NCBI GenBank assembly: GCA_963792415.1
Contig: CAWBVY010000004.1
Span: forward strand, 256,001-320,000
Length of the DNA: 64,000 nucleotides
DNA from: Candidatus Deferrimicrobiaceae bacterium
GTDB taxonomy: Bacteria > Desulfobacterota > Deferrimicrobia > Deferrimicrobiales > Deferrimicrobiaceae
Direction: 5' to 3'
Position 1 is the first letter of the stretch, and every line of letters begins with the position of its first letter. The translations under genes and the position numbers were made by a program. The notes below the pieces were generated by a model. That model was given only the letters and a program-made list of their open reading frames with translations. It ran no database searches and had not been told where the DNA came from. Positions 56,362 through 64,000 of this stretch are shown piece by piece.

Positions 56362-58491
56362 GTGATCCGATACGCCTACATCATCCCGTTCCTCCCGCTG
56401 CTGTCCTTCTTCATCAACATCGCGGTCGGCAAGCGGCTGCCGCGCAAGGGGGACTGGCTCTGTCTGGGCACGATCGCCGTGGCCCTCGCGATGTCGATCG
56501 GGATCTTCTACGAGGTCTTCGGGGCGTACGACCCGAACTTCCGGTACCATGTCGTCTTCCCCTGGATCACGGTAGGGGACCGCGCGCTGCTCAACACCGG
56601 AATCCTCATCGACAACCTCACCGCGGTCATGCTCCTGGTGGTCACCATCGTGTCGACGCTGGTCCACCTGTTCTCCATCGGGTACATGCACGGCGACCCA
56701 AGGTACAGCCGGTACTTCGCCTACCTGTCGATCTTCTCCTTCTCGATGCTGGGGCTGGTCCTCGCCGAAAGCTTCCTGTTCATCTACATCTTCTGGGAAC
56801 TGGTGGGGCTTTCCTCCTACCTCCTGATCGGCTTCTGGTTCGAGAAGAAGTCGGCGTCCGACGCGGGGAAGAAGGCGTTCATCGTCAACCGGGTGGGCGA
56901 CTTCGGGTTCCTCGTCGGTATCCTGATCATCTACGCCACCTGCGGCGTGCTGGGATACGACCAGGTGTTCCTGGCGATCGGGGAGGGGAAGCTCTCCGGG
57001 ACGCTGCTGACCCTTGCGGGAATCGGGGTCTTCTGCGGCGCCATCGGCAAATCCGCGCAGTTCCCGCTGCACGTCTGGCTCCCCGACGCGATGGAAGGCC
57101 CCACGCCGGTCTCCGCGTTGATCCACGCGGCCACCATGGTCGCCGCGGGCGTCTACCTCGTGGGGCGGGTCTACCCGATGTTCACCCCCGACGCGTTCCT
57201 GGTCATCGCCTACTTCGGCCTGATCACCCTGTTCCTCACCGCAACGATCGCCCTGGCCCAGAACGACATCAAGAAGGTGCTGGCGTACTCGACCTGTTCC
57301 CAGCTCGGCTACATGGTCATGGGGCTCGGGGTCGGGGGCTACACGGCGGGACTCGCGCACCTGGCCACCCACGCGGCGTTCAAGGCGTGCCTCTTCCTCG
57401 GATCGGGCTCCGTGATCCACGCCGTCCACAGCCAGGACATCCAGGAGATGGGCGGCCTCCGGAAGAAGATGCCGATCACGTTCGTCACCTTCCTGATCGC
57501 CACGCTGGCGATCTCGGGAGTCCCCGGCTTCTCCGGCTTCTACTCCAAGGACATGATCCTGGGAGCGGCGCTTGAATTCGGCATGAAGAGCGCGAACCCG
57601 CTGCACATGGTCTTTTTCCTCGGTGCGCTGTTCACCGCCGGGTTGACCGCCTTCTACATGTTCCGCCTGGTGATCCTCACCTTCTTCGGCCCGCCGAAAG
57701 ACCACCACAAGTACGACCACGCACACGAGTCGCCAGCGAACATGTGGGTCCCCCTCGTGATCCTGGCGGGCCTCTCCTTCTCCTTCTGGTACTCCGGGTG
57801 GTTCGGGACGCTGATCCAGAAGCCGACGTCGGTCGCCAACCTGGCCGCGATTTCGGCTCCGGCGAAGGTCGCCACGATGGAGCACGCCGCCGTCATGGCG
57901 CCCGCGCCGCACGGAGAAGCGGAGAAGACCCCGCATGCAGCGGCTCCGCCCGTTCACGGAGAGGTGCACGGCGAGGCTCCGGCAACGCACGGGGGGGCCG
58001 GGGACGAAGCCTCGCACGATGCCCATATCGCGCACACGGCCCACACGTATGCGATGTACTCCTCGGTGGCGGTGGGCACCCTCGGGATCTTCCTCGCCTT
58101 CGTGGTGTACTCCTTCGGGTGGATCAACCCGGACCGCGTCATGAACGCGTTGAAGCCGCTCCACACCTTCCTGCAGAACAAGTGGTACTTCGACGAACTG
58201 TACGAAGCGACGGTGATCAACGGCTCCAAGGCGTTCTCCAGGGGGCTGTACTGGTTCGACCTGCACGTGGTGGACGGCCTGGTGAATCTCACCGCGCAGC
58301 TCGGGGTCTTTGTCTCGTTCCTCGTCGGGAAGTTCGACGATTACGTCGTCGACGGGGCCGTCAACGGCCTGGCCAGCGCGACGACCGGCAGCGGATCGGT
58401 CCTGCGCCGGCTCCAGACCGGAAAGCTGTACCACTACGTGTTCGTGCTGGCAGGCGGTGCGCTCATCATATTCCTGATCAAGGCGTTCTAA
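56362..58491 (+). CDS. nuoL: NADH-quinone oxidoreductase subunit L
   Basis: WELVGLSSYLLIGFW, GKSAQFPLHVWLPDAMEGPTPVSALIHAATMV. Confidence 0.97.
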   Translation: MIRYAYIIPFLPLLSFFINIAVGKRLPRKGDWLCLGTIAVALAMSIGIFYEVFGAYDPNFRYHVVFPWITVGDRALLNTGILIDNLTAVMLLVVTIVSTLVHLFSIGYMHGDPRYSRYFAYLSIFSFSMLGLVLAESFLFIYIFWELVGLSSYLLIGFWFEKKSASDAGKKAFIVNRVGDFGFLVGILIIYATCGVLGYDQVFLAIGEGKLSGTLLTLAGIGVFCGAIGKSAQFPLHVWLPDAMEGPTPVSALIHAATMVAAGVYLVGRVYPMFTPDAFLVIAYFGLITLFLTATIALAQNDIKKVLAYSTCSQLGYMVMGLGVGGYTAGLAHLATHAAFKACLFLGSGSVIHAVHSQDIQEMGGLRKKMPITFVTFLIATLAISGVPGFSGFYSKDMILGAALEFGMKSANPLHMVFFLGALFTAGLTAFYMFRLVILTFFGPPKDHHKYDHAHESPANMWVPLVILAGLSFSFWYSGWFGTLIQKPTSVANLAAISAPAKVATMEHAAVMAPAPHGEAEKTPHAAAPPVHGEVHGEAPATHGGAGDEASHDAHIAHTAHTYAMYSSVAVGTLGIFLAFVVYSFGWINPDRVMNALKPLHTFLQNKWYFDELYEATVINGSKAFSRGLYWFDLHVVDGLVNLTAQLGVFVSFLVGKFDDYVVDGAVNGLASATTGSGSVLRRLQTGKLYHYVFVLAGGALIIFLIKAF

Positions 58492-58509
58492 GAACGGAGG
58501 TGGTCGTCC

Positions 58510-60039
58510 GTGGGGTTCATCGATAGTCACATTCTCTCGTTCATGACGTTCCTGCCGCTCCTCGGTGCGGCGGTGATCCTCTGCGTGCCGAAGGGGAAGG
58601 ACGAGACGATCAAGTGGATCGCCGCCGCCGCCTCCTTCCTGCCGGTGCTGCTGGCGGTTCGCCTCTGGTTCATCTACGACCGGACCCTGGCCGGCGTCAA
58701 CGTGGCCAGCCAGTTCCAGTTCGTGGAGCACTACTCCTGGATCCCCTCGATCAACGTGGAGTACTTCGTGGGGGCGGACGGCATCTCGATGCCCATGCTC
58801 CTCCTGACGGCCCTCCTGTCGTTCCTGGCGGTCATCGGCTCCTGGGGGATCGACAAGAAGATCCGGGGGTACATGGCTCTGTTCCTCCTCCTCGAGACCG
58901 GCATGATGGGCACCTTCATCGCCCTCGACTTCTTCCTCTTCTACGTCTTCTGGGAAGTGATGCTGCTGCCGATGTACTTCCTCATCGGCGTCTGGGGCGG
59001 ACCGCGGAAGGAGTACGCGGCGATCAAGTTCTTCCTGTACACCCTGGCCGGCTCGATCCTGATGCTGATCGTGCTGCTGGCCCTCTACTTCAACACGACG
59101 AATCCCGAGACCGGAGCGCACACCTTCAACCTGCTCCACTACATGTCCCAGGGCACGCACAACGGCTGGCTGAAGGGGTTCGACGTCCGCATCCTCCTGT
59201 TCCTCGGCCTGTTCATCGGCTTCGCCATCAAGGTGCCGCTCTTCCCGTTCCACACCTGGCTCCCCGACGCCCACGTCGAGGCGCCCACCGCCATTTCGGT
59301 CATCCTGGCGGGCGTCCTCCTGAAGATGGGGACGTACGGCCTGATGCGGATCTCCTTCCCGATCTTCCCCGACGTGACGGTGTATTTCGCCCTCCCGATG
59401 GCGATCCTCGGCGTGATCAACATCATCTACGGCGCCCTGTGCGCGATGGCGCAGTCCGACCTGAAGAAGCTGGTCGCCTACTCCTCCGTCAGCCACATGG
59501 GCTTCTGCCTCCTCGGCATGGCGGCGCTGACGCCGCTGGGGATGGTCGGCGCGTCGATGCAGATGTTCTCCCACGGCATGATCACCGCCATGCTCTTCTT
59601 CCTGGTCGGCGTGGTCTACGACCGGGCGCACCACCGCCAGATCGACGGCTTCGGCGGCCTGGGCGTCGTGGTTCCCATCTATACCGCCTTCATCGGCTTC
59701 GCGTTCTTCGCGTCCCTGGGGCTGCCCGGGCTGTCGGGCTTCATCGCCGAGCAGTTGGTCTTCCTCGGCTCCTTCCCGGTGTTCCGGACGCTGGTGATCA
59801 TCGGCGCCGTGGGGATCATCTTCGTCGCGGCGTTCCATCTCTGGGCGCTGCAGCGGGTCTTCCTCGGTCCGCTGAACCCGAAGTACACCACCCTCGAGGA
59901 GATCAACGCTCGGGAGATCTTCTGCCTGGCGCCCCTGGTGGTCCTGATCCTGATCGTCGGCGTCTGGCCGATGCCGGTGATGAATCTCATGAACGCCTCC
60001 CTGGTGCGGCTGGTCGACCTCGTGAAGGCGGTGATCTAA
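58510..60039 (+). CDS. nuoM: NADH-quinone oxidoreductase subunit M
   Basis: FYVFWEVMLLPMY, KVPLFPFHTWLPDAHVEAPT, LKMGTYG. Confidence 0.97.
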   Translation: MGFIDSHILSFMTFLPLLGAAVILCVPKGKDETIKWIAAAASFLPVLLAVRLWFIYDRTLAGVNVASQFQFVEHYSWIPSINVEYFVGADGISMPMLLLTALLSFLAVIGSWGIDKKIRGYMALFLLLETGMMGTFIALDFFLFYVFWEVMLLPMYFLIGVWGGPRKEYAAIKFFLYTLAGSILMLIVLLALYFNTTNPETGAHTFNLLHYMSQGTHNGWLKGFDVRILLFLGLFIGFAIKVPLFPFHTWLPDAHVEAPTAISVILAGVLLKMGTYGLMRISFPIFPDVTVYFALPMAILGVINIIYGALCAMAQSDLKKLVAYSSVSHMGFCLLGMAALTPLGMVGASMQMFSHGMITAMLFFLVGVVYDRAHHRQIDGFGGLGVVVPIYTAFIGFAFFASLGLPGLSGFIAEQLVFLGSFPVFRTLVIIGAVGIIFVAAFHLWALQRVFLGPLNPKYTTLEEINAREIFCLAPLVVLILIVGVWPMPVMNLMNASLVRLVDLVKAVI

Positions 60040-60084
60040 GTGGCCACTTTCACCAATACGGCTGCATTCGAAAGGGGCCGCTAG

Positions 60085-61563
60085 ATGTTCCTGGGCAACC
60101 TCGCCAGCGTGGGGTACTTCCTGCCGGAGTTCGCCGTCACGGCGACGATCCTCCTGCTGGTCGTGCTCCACGTGGTCACGAAGAGCCCGCAGTCCACCGC
60201 GTCCGGGTTCCTGTCGCTTCTCGGGGTGGGGGCCGCGATCCTCCTCGCGGGGGTCGCGCCTGCGGGCGCGGGCCGGTCGATCTTCGAGGGGATGGTGGCC
60301 CACGACGGTTTCGCGGTTTTCTTCAAGGTCCTGACCGCCCTGGCCACCCTCGTGGTGATCTTCATGTCGATGGACAGCAGGGACCTGGCCGGCCGGAGCC
60401 AGGCGGAGTACTACATCTTCCTGCTCTCCACCCTGCTCGGGATGTTCCTGCTCTCCTCGGCGACCGACATCGTGATGCTGTACCTGGCGCTGGAACTGGT
60501 CTCCATCCCGTCGTACCTGCTGGCGGGATACCTCAAGGGGCAGGAGCATTCCACCGAGGCCGCGATGAAATACGTGGTGTACGGGGCCACGGCGTCGGGC
60601 GTCATGATCTACGGCTTCTCCATCCTTTTCGGGCTGACCGGGTCCACCCAGGTCGCGGAGATCGGGCGGAGCCTGGCGGCCGGGAAGGCGACGCTGCCCA
60701 TGCTGCTGGCCGCCGTGATGGTGGCCGTGGGGTTCGGGTACAAGATCGCCGCGGTGCCGTTCCATATGTGGAGCCCCGACGTGTACGAGGGGGCCCCCAC
60801 GCCCGCGACCGCCTTCTTCTCCGTCGGGCCGAAGGCGGCCGGGTTCGCCGTCCTCGTCCGCTTCTACTACACGGTGTTCGCCGCCGCGGACCCCGGGACG
60901 GGCCTGTGGAGCCTGACCTCCGCGGTGGACTGGCCGTTCCTGTTCGCCGCGTTGTCGGCGCTGACGATGACCGTCGGGAACCTGGTCGCCGTCAAGCAGA
61001 ACAACGTGAAGCGGCTTCTGGCCTACTCCTCGATCGCCCACGCGGGATACATGCTCATGGGGTTCGTGCTTCTGACTTCCGCGGGAATCGAGGCGATCCT
61101 GTTCTACCTCGTGGTCTACCTCTTCATGAATCTGGGCGCCTTCTACGTCGTGGTCCTGGTGAGCAACGCGACCCTCGGGGAGGAGATCTCCGACTTCACG
61201 GGACTGGGGAGCCGCGCCCCCTTCGCGGCGGTCGTGCTCGCCATCTTCCTCTTCGCCCTGACCGGGATCCCCCCGTTCTCCGGCTTCATCGGAAAGGTCT
61301 ATCTGTTTGCCGAGGTCATCCACCGTGGCGTATACTGGCTCGCGGTCGTCGCGGGCCTGAACAGCGTGGTGTCGCTCTATTACTACGCGCGGATCGTCCG
61401 GGCGATGTTCCTCGAGGAACCGAAGGATGCGTCGGCGATCCCCGTTCCCGCGGTCTCCATGGCGATGCTCGTCCTGCTCGCGGCGCCGACGATGATCCTC
61501 GGCGTATACTGGGAGCCGGTGGCACGGATCGCCGCCGATTCCGTCCGGATGCTGGCGTTCTGA
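60085..61563 (+). CDS. nuoN: NADH-quinone oxidoreductase subunit N
   Basis: EAAMKY, KIAAVPFHMWSPDVYEGAP, KRLLAYSSIAHAGY. Confidence 0.97.
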   Translation: MFLGNLASVGYFLPEFAVTATILLLVVLHVVTKSPQSTASGFLSLLGVGAAILLAGVAPAGAGRSIFEGMVAHDGFAVFFKVLTALATLVVIFMSMDSRDLAGRSQAEYYIFLLSTLLGMFLLSSATDIVMLYLALELVSIPSYLLAGYLKGQEHSTEAAMKYVVYGATASGVMIYGFSILFGLTGSTQVAEIGRSLAAGKATLPMLLAAVMVAVGFGYKIAAVPFHMWSPDVYEGAPTPATAFFSVGPKAAGFAVLVRFYYTVFAAADPGTGLWSLTSAVDWPFLFAALSALTMTVGNLVAVKQNNVKRLLAYSSIAHAGYMLMGFVLLTSAGIEAILFYLVVYLFMNLGAFYVVVLVSNATLGEEISDFTGLGSRAPFAAVVLAIFLFALTGIPPFSGFIGKVYLFAEVIHRGVYWLAVVAGLNSVVSLYYYARIVRAMFLEEPKDASAIPVPAVSMAMLVLLAAPTMILGVYWEPVARIAADSVRMLAF

Positions 61564-61590
61564 CCCACCGAAAGGCGTGAGGGGGCTCCC

Positions 61591-61974
61591 ATGGTCGGAT
61601 TTCCCGCAACCGTGGACTTCTCGAACCCGTACTTCGCGGTTCTCCTGCTTCTAATCATCGCGCTGGTGATGTCGGTGGGATTCGTCCTCCTCTCCCAGGC
61701 GCTGGGCCCGAAGCGGTACGACCGGGTCAAGTACGGCGTGTACGAGTGCGGCGTCGACCCCCTCACCCCGGCCGCCGTGCGCGTCTCCGTCAAGTTCTAC
61801 CTGATCGCGATCCTGTTCATCCTCTTCGACCTCGAGGTGACCTTCCTCTACCCGTGGGCGGTCCTGTTCCGTTCGCTCGGGTTGTTCGGCTTCATCGAGA
61901 TGGCCGTCTTCGTCGGAATCCTGCTGGTCGGGCTGGTCTACGCGTGGAAAAAGGGAGCCCTCGAATGGCAGTGA
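61591..61974 (+). CDS. nuoA: NADH-quinone oxidoreductase subunit A (copy 2)
   Basis: [28 protein letters not shown]. Confidence 0.95.
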   Translation: MVGFPATVDFSNPYFAVLLLLIIALVMSVGFVLLSQALGPKRYDRVKYGVYECGVDPLTPAAVRVSVKFYLIAILFILFDLEVTFLYPWAVLFRSLGLFGFIEMAVFVGILLVGLVYAWKKGALEWQ

Positions 61975-62465
61975 AGCGCGGGAAGGACGGCGCCTCCGGC
62001 TACGCGCTCACGACCCTCGAGTCGCTGATCGCCTGGGGGAGGAAATACTCCCTCTACCCGTTCACCTTCGCCACGGCGTGCTGCGGCATCGAGGTGATGG
62101 GGGCGTTCGGGACCCACTACGACCTGTCCCGCTTCGGCGCCGAGGTCGTCCGTTTCTCTCCCCGGCAGGCGGATGTGCTTCTGGTGGCGGGGACGATCAA
62201 CTACAAGATGGCTCCCGTGCTGAAGCGGATCTACGACCAGATGCTCGAGCCGAAGTGGGTGATCTCGATGGGCGCGTGCGCCTGCTCCGGCGGCTTCTAC
62301 AACAACTACACGGTCCTGCAGGGGATCGACAAGATCGTTCCGGTCGACGTCTACATCCCCGGGTGCCCGCCGAACCCCGAGGGGATCATCGACGCCGTTG
62401 TGCAGATCCAGAAGATCATCGAGACCGGCGCGCCCCGCGCGGCGGAACGGTGGCCGTTGAAATGA
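61965..62465 (+). CDS. nuoB: NADH-quinone oxidoreductase subunit B (copy 2)
   Basis: [26 protein letters not shown]. Confidence 0.96.
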   Translation: MAVKRGKDGASGYALTTLESLIAWGRKYSLYPFTFATACCGIEVMGAFGTHYDLSRFGAEVVRFSPRQADVLLVAGTINYKMAPVLKRIYDQMLEPKWVISMGACACSGGFYNNYTVLQGIDKIVPVDVYIPGCPPNPEGIIDAVVQIQKIIETGAPRAAERWPLK

Positions 62466-62481
62466 AGGGGCGGGAAGCGGC

Positions 62482-62958
62482 GTGAGCATCGTCCTCGAGA
62501 GGCTGCGGGAGCGGTTCCCGGCGGAAGTGGAGTCCACCCACTCGGACTTCGGGGACGACACGGCCTTAGTGCGGCGGGAGCGGATCGTCGAGATCCTCGC
62601 GTTCCTGCGGGACGACCCGGAGCTGCTTTTCGACTTCGCGATGGACCTGACCGGCGTCGACTATCTCGGGGAGGAGCCCCGCTTCGAGGTGGTCTACCAC
62701 CTCTACTCGCTGGAGAAGAAGCGCCGCGTCCGGATCAAGGCGCGGCTCCACGAGGACGACCCGGTGATCGACACGGCCGTCCCGGTGTGGCCCGGAATCG
62801 ACTGGTACGAGCGGGAGGCGTGGGACATGTACGGGATCGTCTTCCGCGGCCACCCGAACCTGAAGCGGATCCTGATGTACGAGGCGTTCGAGGGGCACCC
62901 GTTGCGCAAGGATTACCCGAAGGCGAAGCGTCAGCCCACGATCGGGCCGGAGGAGTAG
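62482..62958 (+). CDS. nuoC: NADH-quinone oxidoreductase subunit C (copy 2)
   Basis: WYEREAWDMYGI, FEGHPLRKDYP. Confidence 0.95.
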   Translation: MSIVLERLRERFPAEVESTHSDFGDDTALVRRERIVEILAFLRDDPELLFDFAMDLTGVDYLGEEPRFEVVYHLYSLEKKRRVRIKARLHEDDPVIDTAVPVWPGIDWYEREAWDMYGIVFRGHPNLKRILMYEAFEGHPLRKDYPKAKRQPTIGPEE

Positions 62959-62965
62959 GAAGGCG

Positions 62966-64000
62966 ATGGCGGAACCGGTACAAGTCACGGCGAAGGTCGG
63001 GAGGCCCGACCTGCAGGCCGAGCCGATGCTCATCAACATCGGCCCGTCCCACCCGGCGACGCACGCGACGCTGCGGTTCCAGGCGACGCTCGACGGGGAG
63101 ACGATCCTGGACCTGGTGCCGGAGTTCGGCTACCTGCACCGCGGGTTCGAGAAGGAGTCCGAGGCCGCCACCTGGACCCAGGTGGTCCCGTACACCGACC
63201 GGCTGAACTACGTCTCGCCGCTCATGAACAACGTAGGGTACGCGATGGCGGTGGAGAAACTGTGCGGCATCGAGATCACGGAGCGGTGCAAATACGTCCG
63301 CGTCATCATCTCGGAGCTCTCCCGGATCATCGACCACATGGTGTGCGTCGGGACGAACATGGTCGACCTCGGCGCGTTGACGAACTTCTGGTACTTCTGG
63401 AAGCCGCGCGAGGAGGTCTACTTCCTGATCGAGGAGCTGTGCGGGCAGCGGCTGACCACTTCCTACACCCGGATCGGCGGGGCGATGGCGGACCTGCCGG
63501 AGGGGTGGACCGACCGGGTCCTCGCGGTCTGCCGCGGCGTGATCCCCGAGTGCATCGCGGACGTGAACGCCCTCCTGACGAAGAACCGGATCTTCATCGA
63601 GCGGACGATGGGCGTGGGGCCGATTTCCGCGAAGGACGCCGTCGCCCTTGGGTTCACCGGACCGTGCCTGCGGGCGGCGGGGGTCCCCCTCGACCTGCGG
63701 AAGGACGAGCCGTACCTCGTGTACGACCGGTTCGACTTCGACGTGGCCATCGGCGAGGCGGGCGACACGTGCGACCGGTACATGGTGCGCATGGAGGAGA
63801 TGCGGCAGTCGCTCCGGATCATCGAACAGGCGGTAGCGCAACTCCCCGGCGGCCCCATCAACATCGACGACCCCCGGTTCCTCCTTCCGGAGAAACCGCA
63901 GGTGTACGAGAACATCGAGGCGCTGATGAACCACTTCAAGTTCATCATGGAGGGGGTCAAGGTCCCGGCCGGCGAGGTGTACTCGGCGACGGAGGCGGCG
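62966..64000 (+). CDS. nuoD: NADH-quinone oxidoreductase subunit D (copy 2, runs off window end)
   Basis: Translated manually: NIGPSHPATHATLR, GYLHRGFEK, DRLNYVSP. Confidence 0.94.
   Translation, partial: MAEPVQVTAKVGRPDLQAEPMLINIGPSHPATHATLRFQATLDGETILDLVPEFGYLHRGFEKESEAATWTQVVPYTDRLNYVSPLMNNVGYAMAVEKLCGIEITERCKYVRVIISELSRIIDHMVCVGTNMVDLGALTNFWYFWKPREEVYFLIEELCGQRLTTSYTRIGGAMADLPEGWTDRVLAVCRGVIPECIADVNALLTKNRIFIERTMGVGPISAKDAVALGFTGPCLRAAGVPLDLRKDEPYLVYDRFDFDVAIGEAGDTCDRYMVRMEEMRQSLRIIEQAVAQLPGGPINIDDPRFLLPEKPQVYENIEALMNHFKFIMEGVKVPAGEVYSATEAA

Noticed and set aside
55936-61323. 1795-aa minus-strand ORF (likewise 18750-22448, 31599-34649, 39848-43012)
   Set aside because: Antisense shadows of well-supported genes in high-GC DNA; no motifs, composition typical of reverse-frame translation

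Overview
High-GC bacterial chromosomal window with no rRNA, tRNA, CRISPR array, transposase or prophage detected. The split Fo-only atp operon, mfd-PPIase-pdxA synteny and two nuo operons suggest a deltaproteobacterial (Desulfobacterota-like) anaerobe; this is inference. Contents in order: ModE-controlled tungstate/molybdopterin locus (moaA divergent from tupA-modE-tupBC-moeA-MOSC-moaC); DUF4398/OmpA lipoprotein pair; fluoride riboswitch-crcB-DUF190-dynamin-like GTPase; ilvD; gyrA-gpsA-nadA-mfd-three PPIase/SurA genes-pdxA-uvrA; an Ada-like methyltransferase; atpZ-I-B-E; hemL; a four-gene operon of unknown proteins; an uncharacterised acyl-CoA operon (two family III CoA-transferases, a Zn-ribbon protein, a HiPIP/BssC-like 4-Cys protein, a thioredoxin-like protein, an aryl-CoA-ligase-like enzyme, with a thioesterase and a 3-Cys U32 protein nearby); and an 11-subunit complex I lacking NuoEFG followed directly by a second nuo operon. 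Best leads: the CoA-transferase/Fe-S operon, a palindromic DNA element inserted in-frame in unrelated genes (nuoI, an AI-2E transporter, possibly mfd), the four-gene unknown operon, and the tandem complex I operons. All family assignments are by motif recognition, without database searches.
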